Assembly (NCBI GenBank): GCA_017963805.1 | Contig: JAGCTE010000044.1 | Coordinates: forward strand, 5,921-69,920 | From: a bacterium | GTDB taxonomy: Bacteria > Auribacterota > UBA3054 | Direction: 5' to 3' | Length of the DNA stretch: 64,000 nt | Shown here: in pieces, positions 55,822 to 64,000 of the stretch | Layout of the letters: the number at the start of each line of letters is the position of its first letter | Position numbering within the stretch: the first letter of the stretch is position 1 | Notes under the pieces: generated by a model | The model's input: the letters and a program-made list of their open reading frames with translations, nothing else | Told to the model about the DNA's origin: nothing | Database searches by the model: none | Program-made: the position numbers and the translations under genes

Positions 55822-58358
55822 TTATTCACCTCGCAGATCACGTTTGTGACGGCCGGCTGCCAAGATTCCAGCGCGACGGCCACGCCCAGCTCCCGGTCGT
55901 CCGAAAAACCGTAGTGCCTCGGCATCCACTGCCTGGAGGCGATCAGTTCGACAAGATTGGTCTTCCTCAAGGGGATGTCGTCCGGTATGTCGTACTCGAA
56001 TAAGCGCCAAAGTTTGTCGCCCAAAACCACCGTGTCGAGATAGTGGCCGTTGACGTAGATCGCCGCGGACAAGGGACGGTAGCGCAAAAAAGGATTGCCG
56101 GCCCTGAGTTTCAGTTTGAAGTCGCGGCGGTTCCCCAAGTATTCGAAATGCGCCTGCGCCTTCGTCCAGGAGAAGACCACGCCCTTGGGATCGGTCTCTT
56201 TGCCGTAGAAGCCTCCTTCCGGATCCTTTTCCTTGTGCCAGCGTATGTTGCTCATGGCAACGCCAAGGGTCCTTTCGTCGTCCGGAACGCCGTAGTCGCA
56301 GGGCCTCCAGGTCTTCTCGCACGAGAGGCGGAAAGACACGCACTGGTCCGCCACCGAGTCGAAAGGCAGAGCGTAGCCTGTCGCCACCGTCACCTTGCAC
56401 GGTTCGCCCGGAGCGGACAATGTGACGTTCGTCACAGCTTCGCCGTTGACATAGACCGTCACCTTCTGCGGATCCTCGCCGAGTTTCGGGAAATTGCTGA
56501 TCAGATCGAAGGAGGCGTAGTTGTTCATTTTCTTGACGCAGACGACGCCGTTCCTGCCGCACCATCTCCAGGGCTTGGACTGGGCGTGCCAGTTCTCCCA
56601 GCCGTAAAAGCCTTCGTCACCCTGAACGCCGATGGAGGCCCGCCTCCTTTCGCTGTTGAGGTCCGTGGCGTTCAGGTTTCGGTAGCAAACGAACGACGCT
56701 CCCGCAAGCAGAATGACGCCGATTAAAGCCATGGCCCTGGCCTCGTGATGTATTGGGATCAAAAGGCGGGATTTCGCGGCAAGGTAAGCAAGGGAAAGCC
56801 CCAAAAGGATATGCCAGGAAACGTTCACTTCCATAACTTCCTGGTGCACTCCCAAAAAAAGCAGCAGGGCGAAGACCGCCAAAGGCGAAACGACGGTCCA
56901 GAGCCTGACCAGCTCGTCCTCGTCGCCTCTCAGCTTAATCCAGGACACGGCGAAGGCGAGGAAGATCCCGCCGATGAAGAGTCCGACGCCCAGCATTCCG
57001 AAAAGCCCGCTCTCGGCTTTGACCTGGAGATAGAAGTTGCAGGCGTTGTCGGGAGCCCTGAGGTTTTCCTCCTCGTATTTCGCGAAGTTGGGAAGCTCGA
57101 CCACGAAGCTGCCTATGCCTACGCCGGAGGGCCAGGTCCTCTCGGCCGTCAGCTGCGCGAACCTCGGATACAGCTGGCGCCTGCTGTCGTTGAAGATCCT
57201 TGAGATGCTGCCGGAATTCCTTATGCTTCTGATGTCTTTCTTCAGCCTTCTTTGCAGGGCGGGGCTCTTGGTCGTTCCCACAAGGATGTTGTCGGCCTTC
57301 TTCACAAGGTACATGCTGTACATGCCCGCGCCGCAGAAAAAAACCGTGAGCATCAGCGCCACTATGCCGAGCCTTACGAGAGGCCGCGCCCGCAGTATCT
57401 TTTTCGTATTGATGAAAAAGCCTACGGTGAAAAGGAAAAGGGAGGCTACGATCGCCAAAAAGCCGCTGCGGGAACCGGAATAATTTATGCCAAGCGCGCA
57501 GACGGCGAGCCAAACGATCATCAGTATCAGCCTAAGGTATCCCTTTTCCCTCCTGAAGGAGGAAAGGAAGGAAAGGCCGAAGCAGAAAGCCAATCCAAGC
57601 ACCACGCCCAGGGCGTTGGGATCCTGGCAGGTGCCGTTCACCCTGCCCATCCTCATCCAGTAGAAGGAGCGGTTGGCGCAGAGCTCGATGGAAAAATGAC
57701 GCTGGAAAAAAGCCGCCGCGATGGCAAGAGTGCAGCCGGCGGCGAACAGCAGCCACATCTCAAAAAACAGTTTCAGCGCGTCGCCGCCCTTCCGCTCCTC
57801 AAGGTTTCCCAAACGGAAAGCGAAGGGAACGAGCATAAGTCCCGCGATAAGCTGGGTGGCGTTGAAGGTGATGTAGGTGAGCGCCTTCCCGCGGCTCCAT
57901 TCCTTGTCGTTGACTATTTGGGAGAAAAAGGAGCCGTCGCTGAAGACCCATTCCGGAGCGTAGCGCGAGACGCTGGCGTAAGTTCCTATCACGGCGACGG
58001 AAATCCAGAGCAGCCAGCCTATCTGGCCCGGGAAAGGCTCGAAACTTTCTTTTACGAAGATCTCGCGGAAGCAAAGCCCGGACAAAACCGCCAGAAGAAC
58101 GAAAACATGCATGGGATGAGTGCTGCCGCCCGTCGCCAGCAAAGGTATCGAAACAAGCCAGGGGGAGGTGAAGAGCAGGAATCCGAAAGCCCATTTGGGG
58201 CGCAGCAAAGAGAGCGCGAATCCAAAAAGCGTAAACGCGGCAAGAAAAGGCCAGACAAGGTTGTTGCCCGGCGCGAAACGGCTGTAAAGGGCCGCGTCCC
58301 ACCCCAAAAAGAGCGAGCCGAGCAGCGCGAAGAAAACTTTACACACCATAGTACCCAT
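55818..58358 (-). CDS. O-antigen ligase/oligosaccharyltransferase-like polytopic membrane protein with two repeated C-terminal extracytoplasmic domains
   Basis: Many TM helices. RVNGTCQDPNALG, SGSRSG, GVGIGSF, NFYLQ..AESGLFG. Repeats GFYGWE...DDERTLGVA and GFYGKE...DDRELGVA. Confidence 0.8.
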   Translation of the reverse strand: MGTMVCKVFFALLGSLFLGWDAALYSRFAPGNNLVWPFLAAFTLFGFALSLLRPKWAFGFLLFTSPWLVSIPLLATGGSTHPMHVFVLLAVLSGLCFREIFVKESFEPFPGQIGWLLWISVAVIGTYASVSRYAPEWVFSDGSFFSQIVNDKEWSRGKALTYITFNATQLIAGLMLVPFAFRLGNLEERKGGDALKLFFEMWLLFAAGCTLAIAAAFFQRHFSIELCANRSFYWMRMGRVNGTCQDPNALGVVLGLAFCFGLSFLSSFRREKGYLRLILMIVWLAVCALGINYSGSRSGFLAIVASLFLFTVGFFINTKKILRARPLVRLGIVALMLTVFFCGAGMYSMYLVKKADNILVGTTKSPALQRRLKKDIRSIRNSGSISRIFNDSRRQLYPRFAQLTAERTWPSGVGIGSFVVELPNFAKYEEENLRAPDNACNFYLQVKAESGLFGMLGVGLFIGGIFLAFAVSWIKLRGDEDELVRLWTVVSPLAVFALLLFLGVHQEVMEVNVSWHILLGLSLAYLAAKSRLLIPIHHEARAMALIGVILLAGASFVCYRNLNATDLNSERRRASIGVQGDEGFYGWENWHAQSKPWRWCGRNGVVCVKKMNNYASFDLISNFPKLGEDPQKVTVYVNGEAVTNVTLSAPGEPCKVTVATGYALPFDSVADQCVSFRLSCEKTWRPCDYGVPDDERTLGVAMSNIRWHKEKDPEGGFYGKETDPKGVVFSWTKAQAHFEYLGNRRDFKLKLRAGNPFLRYRPLSAAIYVNGHYLDTVVLGDKLWRLFEYDIPDDIPLRKTNLVELIASRQWMPRHYGFSDDRELGVAVALESWQPAVTNVICEVNK

Positions 58359-58368
58359 AATATAGAGA

Positions 58369-58377
58369 ATTATACCA
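58369..58377 (-). promoter_or_regulatory. Extended -10 promoter (TGGTATAAT) upstream of the ligase-cinA-recA run
   Basis: TGnTATAAT ends 10 nt before the ATG at 58358. Confidence 0.55.
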
Positions 58378-58379
58378 TA

Positions 58380-58907
58380 TTAGCGGCCTTCTATCCTCGC
58401 TTCCAGTTTGCCGAGGATCTTCTTCAGACGGCGCATTATGGTCGTGGCGTGCACGCCCCTTTTCGCGGCCAGCTCGTCCAAAGTGCGGTTCTTGAAGTAA
58501 TACTCTTCCAGGAGCTTTTTCTCTTCTCCTTTCAATTCCAACCTCGCCTTGCCCAAAAGCGCGTAGATCTCCTCTTCCTCCGCCAAAACCGAAGCGGAGG
58601 GCGCCAGGGCGTGCTCTTCGTAAATGAGAACGGTGCTGCGCCTTTTGGCCTTGTGCATGTAGGTGCTGACGATGTCGGAAAAACTTCTCATGACAAGCTC
58701 TTTTAGGGGCCTCTCCCCTTTGTAGCGCGCAAGGTCCCTTTTCATAAGCCTGTAGATGAGGTCCGAGAAGAATTCCTCGAAATGCCTGTGGCAGCGGTAG
58801 CGTTTCGAAAGCGCGTAGCAGGGCGAGCGAAAATCGGCGATGAATTTCCGCCAGGCAGAATCGTCGCCTTTGAGCAGGGCGCGCGCCGCTAATAGGTCTT
58901 CGTTCAT
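58380..58907 (-). CDS. Sigma-70 family (ECF-like) RNA polymerase sigma factor, divergent
   Basis: EDLLAARALLKGDDSAWRKF region-2-like start, LARYKG, and region-4 HTH YYFKNRTLDELAAKRGVHATTIMRRL. Confidence 0.7.
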   Translation of the reverse strand: MNEDLLAARALLKGDDSAWRKFIADFRSPCYALSKRYRCHRHFEEFFSDLIYRLMKRDLARYKGERPLKELVMRSFSDIVSTYMHKAKRRSTVLIYEEHALAPSASVLAEEEEIYALLGKARLELKGEEKKLLEEYYFKNRTLDELAAKRGVHATTIMRRLKKILGKLEARIEGR

Positions 58908-59035
58908 GGCTGTACAAATCACGTTGCGCCATAAACGGGAATCATTTTATTTCCTTTTTCGGCAGAATTCAAGCTTTTCTTCTTTTTCTCCCCATTTCGG
59001 TGGCGTTTGTCTCCAATTAAAAGCAAGGGCGCTTT

Positions 59036-59044
59036 TGCTATAAT
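59036..59044 (+). promoter_or_regulatory. Extended -10 promoter (TGCTATAAT) for the GT2-cstA operon
   Basis: TGCTATAAT, with an AGGAG RBS at 59073-59077 before ATG 59084. Confidence 0.65.
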
Positions 59045-59083
59045 AAAAAGAATAAATGTAAAACTTTAAAAGAGGAGTTCTAT

Positions 59084-59998
59084 ATGGATGTTTCCTTTGT
59101 CATTCCCGTCTTCAATGAGGAAGGCGACCTAAGGCAGCTTCACTCCGAAATTACGGAAGTGATGGGAAAGACAGGCCTCAGCTACGAGATCTTTTTCATC
59201 AACGACGGCAGCAAAGACACCAGTTGGGAGATCATAAAAGACCTGGCCGATTCCGACGGACACGTCCACGGCGTTTCGTTTAGGCGCAATTTCGGCAAAT
59301 CGGAAGCTCTTTCCGCCGGCTTCAGGAGAGTTTCCGGCAAATACGTCTTCACGATGGACGCCGACCTTCAGGACGACCCGCACGAGATCCCGGCTTTCCT
59401 TGACATGATGAAGCAGGGCTATGGTCTTGTGTCGGGCTGGAAAAAAGAGCGCCACGACCCCCTGGAAAAGCGCCTGCCCTCCAAACTTTTCAACGCGGCG
59501 GTCTCCTACATGACGGGCGTCAGGCTCCACGACTTCAACTGCGGCTTCAAGTGCTACACGCTGGAATGCGCGAAAGAAATAGACTGCTACGGGGAACGCC
59601 ACCGCTTCATGCCGGCCCTTGCCCACGAAAGGGGCTTTCTGGTCGGCGAGCTGGTCGTCAACCACCGCGCCAGGATCCACGGCAGATCGAAATTCGGATT
59701 CGAGCGCTACATGAGAGGCTTCATGGATCTTCTCACCGTCACTTTTCTCGCGACCTACACCCGCCGCCCGGCCCATCTTCTGGGCGGGCTCGGAGTTCTG
59801 GCCCTTTTCTTGGGTTTCCTTCTGATGGCCGTCAGCACGCTCCTCCGCTTCCGCTTCAATCCGTTCTTCGCCGTTCTGGGGCTCGCGCTCTTCATTCTGG
59901 GCGGACAGGCGGTGATCATGGGTCTCGTTTCCGAACTGATCGTGGCGCGCTCCCGCACCCCTCAGAAAACCATACATTCAGTTAAGGAGGAATTCTAA
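59084..59998 (+). CDS. Polyprenol-phosphate glycosyltransferase (GT2, ArnC/GtrB/DPM-synthase-like)
   Basis: VIPVFNEE, NDGSKD, RRNFGKS, MDADLQDDP, DFNCGFK, HRFMP, two C-terminal TM helices. Confidence 0.92.
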   Translation: MDVSFVIPVFNEEGDLRQLHSEITEVMGKTGLSYEIFFINDGSKDTSWEIIKDLADSDGHVHGVSFRRNFGKSEALSAGFRRVSGKYVFTMDADLQDDPHEIPAFLDMMKQGYGLVSGWKKERHDPLEKRLPSKLFNAAVSYMTGVRLHDFNCGFKCYTLECAKEIDCYGERHRFMPALAHERGFLVGELVVNHRARIHGRSKFGFERYMRGFMDLLTVTFLATYTRRPAHLLGGLGVLALFLGFLLMAVSTLLRFRFNPFFAVLGLALFILGGQAVIMGLVSELIVARSRTPQKTIHSVKEEF

Positions 59999-60006
59999 GC
60001 AAGGCT

Positions 60007-61434
60007 ATGACGACTTTTCTGACTGGACTTGGAATACTCCTCATAGGGGGCTTCTTCTACGGCCTCTTCATGGAGAGATTTTTCGGCGCCGACGAAAGGA
60101 AAACGCCCGCCGTCGCAAGAAACGACGGATCTGAATACGTTCCCATGCCGACCTGGAAGTGCGCGCTCGTGCATCTTCTCAACATCGCGGGCACGGGCCC
60201 GGTCCTTGGACCCATCCAGGGCATACTCTTCGGGCCGGTAGTCTTCATAACGATCCCTTTGGGCTGCGTTCTCGCGGGAGCGGTGCACGATTACATGATC
60301 GGCATGATCTCCTTGAGGGACGACGGCGCGCAGATGCAGGACCTCGTCAGAAGCTACCTCGGCAAACACGTGGCCTGGCTGTTCAACGTCTTCATCTGCG
60401 TCATGGCGCTTCTCGTGGTGGTGGCCTTCACCTACTCGCCCGGCGACATCTTCGTCATCAGTTTCATGAAGCAGCAGGCCGCCGTGACCAACCCCTGGAC
60501 CTGGGCGGCCTACGCCGTCGTCTTCGTCTACTACCTTCTGGCGACGTACATGCCGATCGACAAGCTGATAGGCAGGGTGTATCCCGTAATAGGAAGCCTT
60601 TTCATCGTTTCGGCTATTCTGATCTTCATCATGATCTTCACCAAGCATCTGCCGCTCCAGGATCTCACGCTTGAAAACTGGCGCGGACTCAGGCCCAACA
60701 TGATCCCCCTCTTCTTCGTGACCGTGGCCTGCGGCATAGCAAGCGGTTTCCACTCCACGCAGGCGACTCTGATCGCCCGCTCCCTGAAGCGGGAAAAATG
60801 CGGCCGCAAAGTCTTTTTCAACATGATGCTCATGGAAGGCTTCATCGCCATGATCTGGGCGGCCGTCGCGATGGGCGTCATGGGCAAATACGGGCTCAGC
60901 AACGCCGGCAACGCCAACAGGACTCTCGTGGAGATCGTGAACACGCTGATGGGAGACAAGGCCGGCTTCATCGTCATGGCGGGCTTCATAGTCCTGCCCA
61001 TCACCACGGGCGGCACGACGATGAGGATACTGCGCATCATGCTCTGCGAGCTCCTCAATATCGGTTCCAGCAGAATCGGCAAGACGCTTGTGGGAGCCGG
61101 CATGGTCGCAGCCTCGCTCGCTTTGCTTTTCATCGTGAAGTTCCAGCCGGACGGGTTCGCCATAATCTGGCGCTATTTCGCCTGGAGCAACCAGATACTC
61201 GTCGTCTTCACGCTGGCGGTCGCGACCAGCTGGTGCGTCAAGCAAAACAAGAGCATTCTCTTCACGGTCGTTCCCGGCGCTTTCTACCTTTACGTCGTCT
61301 CGAGCTTCATACTGAACGCCAAGGTCGGCTTCAACTTGAGCTGGGACGCAAGCTATCTTATCTCGGGGCTTCTTAGCCTTGTTTTCATCGCGTTCTTCAG
61401 TTTTAAAAAACTAACAAGTAAAAAATCGCTATGA
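60007..61434 (+). CDS. cstA: Carbon starvation protein A family transporter, paralog 1
   Basis: LNIAGTGPVLGPI, AGAVHDY, FVTVACGIASGFHSTQ, MLMEGFIAMIW, WRYFAWSNQ. Confidence 0.92.
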   Translation: MTTFLTGLGILLIGGFFYGLFMERFFGADERKTPAVARNDGSEYVPMPTWKCALVHLLNIAGTGPVLGPIQGILFGPVVFITIPLGCVLAGAVHDYMIGMISLRDDGAQMQDLVRSYLGKHVAWLFNVFICVMALLVVVAFTYSPGDIFVISFMKQQAAVTNPWTWAAYAVVFVYYLLATYMPIDKLIGRVYPVIGSLFIVSAILIFIMIFTKHLPLQDLTLENWRGLRPNMIPLFFVTVACGIASGFHSTQATLIARSLKREKCGRKVFFNMMLMEGFIAMIWAAVAMGVMGKYGLSNAGNANRTLVEIVNTLMGDKAGFIVMAGFIVLPITTGGTTMRILRIMLCELLNIGSSRIGKTLVGAGMVAASLALLFIVKFQPDGFAIIWRYFAWSNQILVVFTLAVATSWCVKQNKSILFTVVPGAFYLYVVSSFILNAKVGFNLSWDASYLISGLLSLVFIAFFSFKKLTSKKSL

Positions 61435-62894
61435 TCACATTCTTAATCGGTCTCGCTATTTTAGGTTTCGGAGGCTTCGCCTACGGTCTTTTCATCGAAC
61501 GTTTCTTCGGAGTGTCGAACCGCAGGCCGCCGGCTGTCACGAAAAGGGACGGCGTGGACTACGTCCCCATGGCTTCCTGGCGCAACGGCCTCATACACCT
61601 TTTGAACATCGCCGGAACGGGCCCGATCCTCGGCCCCATCCAGGGCATCCTCTTCGGGCCTCTGGCCTTCATCACGATACCTGTGGGCTGCATTTTGGCC
61701 GGCGCCGTCCAGGATTACATGGTCGGCATGATCTCCGTCAGGAACGACGGCGAGCAGATCCAAAGCCTGGTGAAACGCTACCTTGGCAAACGCGTGGCGG
61801 TCTTCTTCGGGATCTTCGTCTGCTTGGCCGTGCTTTTGTTCGGCGTGACCTGCGTCTATACTCCGGGCGACATTTTCATCAGGGCCGTCATGCACCAGGA
61901 AGCCGTTCTCTCCAACCAATGGCTCTGGGTGGTCTACGGCGTCATCTTCACCTATTATCTCATCGCCACGCTCCTGCCGATCGACAAGATCATAGGCCGC
62001 GTCTATCCCTTCATCGGGGCTTTCTTCATCTTCACGGCGCTTTTGCTTTTCCTGTACATCTTCATCATGAGGCTTCCGCTGACCGAGCTGTCCCTTTCCA
62101 ACTGGAAGGGCCTGAAGCCGCACTTCTTCCCGATCTTCTTCGTGACGGTGGCCTGCGGCATAGCCTCGGGTTTCCACTCAACGCAGGCAACCATCATCTC
62201 CCGCACTCTCAAAAGGGAAAAAAGCGGCCGCTTCGTTTTCTACAACATGATGCTGCTCGAGGGGTTCATCGCCATGATCTGGGCGGCCGTCACCATGGGC
62301 TGCATCAAGCTTTTCGAGCTCGATCCCAACCAGAGCGCGAACGCGCTTCTGGCCTCCATAATCAAGGACGTGACCTTGATCTTCAAATTCGAGCACATGA
62401 ATCCCCTGAGCAACGCCATATTCCAGCTCGTCAACGCCACGGTCGTCATCGGCGTGATAGTGCTGCCTATTTCCAGCGGCGACACGGCTTTGAGAGGATT
62501 AAGGCTGATGTTGGGCGAAATGTTTTCCCTGGATCAGAGCAAGTCGAAAAACCGCCTTGTCTTGAGCATCGTTATTTTTGTCCTTACCGCGGCGCTCCTT
62601 CTTACCGCAAAGTTCAGTTCCAAGGGCTTCGCCACGCTCTGGAGATACTTCGCCTGGGCCAACCAGACCATCGTGGTCTTCTCTCTAGCCATGGCCACGG
62701 CCTGGTGCATAAATGAAGGCAAAAAGATCTGGTTCACGGTCCTGCCCGGAGCCTTCTACCTTGGCGTCACGTCAAGCTTCATCCTGAACGCTAAAATAGG
62801 CTTCAATCTTCCCTGGACAGCCTCTTACTCCATCGCGGCCGTCCTTGTCATAGCCTACATTTCCTATTTCATCTACAAGAAAAAGCAAGCTTAA
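61431..62894 (+). CDS. cstA: Carbon starvation protein A family transporter, paralog 2
   Basis: DGVDYVPM, LNIAGTGPILGPI, ACGIASGFHSTQ, PISSGDTALR, WRYFAWANQ. Confidence 0.92.
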   Translation: MITFLIGLAILGFGGFAYGLFIERFFGVSNRRPPAVTKRDGVDYVPMASWRNGLIHLLNIAGTGPILGPIQGILFGPLAFITIPVGCILAGAVQDYMVGMISVRNDGEQIQSLVKRYLGKRVAVFFGIFVCLAVLLFGVTCVYTPGDIFIRAVMHQEAVLSNQWLWVVYGVIFTYYLIATLLPIDKIIGRVYPFIGAFFIFTALLLFLYIFIMRLPLTELSLSNWKGLKPHFFPIFFVTVACGIASGFHSTQATIISRTLKREKSGRFVFYNMMLLEGFIAMIWAAVTMGCIKLFELDPNQSANALLASIIKDVTLIFKFEHMNPLSNAIFQLVNATVVIGVIVLPISSGDTALRGLRLMLGEMFSLDQSKSKNRLVLSIVIFVLTAALLLTAKFSSKGFATLWRYFAWANQTIVVFSLAMATAWCINEGKKIWFTVLPGAFYLGVTSSFILNAKIGFNLPWTASYSIAAVLVIAYISYFIYKKKQA

Positions 62895-62897
62895 ACA

Positions 62898-64000
62898 GTG
62901 ACCGTACGGGAAAAAATTCTCGCTTTCCTTGAGGAGCGCGGCGCCGAGATCGTCTTCTGGTCGGCCGCGGCGCTTTTCTTGTCATTGCGTCTGAGCTTCT
63001 TCTTCCGCTACGGCCTCACCCAGGACGAAGTCCTCATCATATCCCAGATAAAGACCTGGGATCCCCTTAAGATCTGGCACTACTACGGCTTCAAGGGGCA
63101 GGGCTTTTTCCTTCAGCACTACATCTTCTACGTCCTGACTCTCCTTGGAACGCTGGCGAACGTCAGTTACCTGCGCCTCATCTGCCTTGCCGAGTCGTTC
63201 ATTGGCTTCTGCCTCCTGTACAAGCTCGCGAAAAACAATTTCGGGAGCTTCGCGGCGCTTGGCGCGCTTCTTATTTACGCCGTCAATCCGTACCAGATCC
63301 TTTATACGCTCTACATCCGCTTTTACGCCCTCGTGATGACGCTCGTAATAGCGGAGTGCTTCTTCTACTTCGAAGCCCTGAGGGAGGAGAACTGGAAGAA
63401 GCTTTGGCTGCCGGCGCTCTTCGCTTTGCTCGCATACTGCACGCACCAGTTCAGCGTTTTCATTCAGCCGGTCTTTCTTCTGCACTTCCTTATCTTCTGC
63501 CTTGCTCGCCGCCCAAACAAGGCAAACGCGCAATGGTTCCTCTGGGGCGCCCTGACGCTGGCTTTCATTGCCTGCCTCGCTTTCTGCGCTCCCGCATTGG
63601 CAAAAAAGGCCGGACTCATTTTCGGCGCCCGGGACGCCTGGCTGCCCTCTAACCTCGGCCTTTCTTCCCAAAGGCTCCAGCTCTTTTTCTGGAAGAACGC
63701 CGTGAGCGTCAAGTGCTGCAGCCTTGTCTTCCTCTGGGTCTCGATCGGGCTTTCCGCCTCGGCAAGGATAGCGCGCCGCCAGATGCTCGACAAAGAGCTT
63801 TTCCTTGTCCTTGCCATAGCCGTCCCCTTTTATTTTCTGAGCCACTTTCACTTCTCCCACTTTTTCGCGGAGCGCTACCTCGCCTTCTGGCTCCCCGTCT
63901 GGTGTCTGGCCTGGTCGTGTTTTCTGGAATTCCCGGCCGCCATGCTGGAGAATTTGAAAGCTTTGGAAAACAAGAAAGCTTTGAGGAACATCTGCTACGG
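62898..64000 (+). CDS. GT-C fold membrane glycosyltransferase (GT39/PMT/ArnT-like), 3'-truncated; absent from the ORF track
   Basis: Manual translation from GTG 62898: MTVREKILAFLEERGAEIVFWSAAALFLSLRLSFFFRYGLTQDEV...AVNPYQILYTLYIRFYAL. DE motif after TM1; hydrophobic; appears to run off the window end. Confidence 0.72.
   Translation, partial: MTVREKILAFLEERGAEIVFWSAAALFLSLRLSFFFRYGLTQDEVLIISQIKTWDPLKIWHYYGFKGQGFFLQHYIFYVLTLLGTLANVSYLRLICLAESFIGFCLLYKLAKNNFGSFAALGALLIYAVNPYQILYTLYIRFYALVMTLVIAECFFYFEALREENWKKLWLPALFALLAYCTHQFSVFIQPVFLLHFLIFCLARRPNKANAQWFLWGALTLAFIACLAFCAPALAKKAGLIFGARDAWLPSNLGLSSQRLQLFFWKNAVSVKCCSLVFLWVSIGLSASARIARRQMLDKELFLVLAIAVPFYFLSHFHFSHFFAERYLAFWLPVWCLAWSCFLEFPAAMLENLKALENKKALRNICY

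Noticed and set aside
57252-58706. 484-aa plus-strand ORF
   Set aside because: Antisense to the ligase-like and sigma genes; composition mirrors hydrophobic codons on the other strand.
62982-63860. 292-aa minus-strand ORF in the track
   Set aside because: The plus strand carries a coupled, motif-bearing GT-C membrane protein from 62898; this ORF is its shadow.
1-64000. Prophage, integron, transposase, defence or diversity-generating retroelement genes
   Set aside because: No integrase, reverse transcriptase, transposase or nuclease motifs recognised; paralog differences are not adenine-specific by inspection and look like ordinary divergence.

Overview
GC-rich bacterial chromosomal window with no phage, integrase, CRISPR array, rRNA or tRNA that I could recognise. 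The murD-LysM-ftsW gene order, the style of the divergent FtsZ tail and the many PEP-CTERM proteins suggest the PVC superphylum (Verrucomicrobiota/Kiritimatiellae/Lentisphaerae-like); this is inference. Contents in order: (1) a 5'-truncated PEP-CTERM protein with tandem zinc-metalloprotease repeats; (2) a minus-strand operon with an AlkP-superfamily enzyme, a degenerate heparinase II/III-like protein, three tandem PEP-CTERM subtilases, a secreted beta-sandwich protein, a small basic ORF, a PpiC lipoprotein and a GT2; (3) a divergent control region with a sigma70 promoter, MraZ-type boxes and DnaA boxes; (4) the dcw cluster mraZ to ftsZ, with an unexplained ORF/structured insert between murF and mraY and divergent FtsA/FtsZ; (5) pdaD and a nucleoside-salvage operon whose deoB has an in-frame TAA; (6) asnS, cysC, a HEAT lipoprotein and a B12 radical SAM; (7) two PEP-CTERM-anchored CotH-family kinases followed by an 87-bp inverted-repeat element; (8) a minus-strand run of an ECF-like sigma, an O-antigen-ligase-like protein, cinA, recA, recX, GH2 and GH35; (9) a GT2, two cstA paralogs and a truncated GT-C membrane glycosyltransferase. 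The best candidate for an under-described system is a set of six PEP-CTERM-sorted surface enzymes (proteases plus CotH kinases) with nearby folding and glycosylation genes. No exosortase gene is in the window. All family calls come from motif recognition by eye, not database searches.
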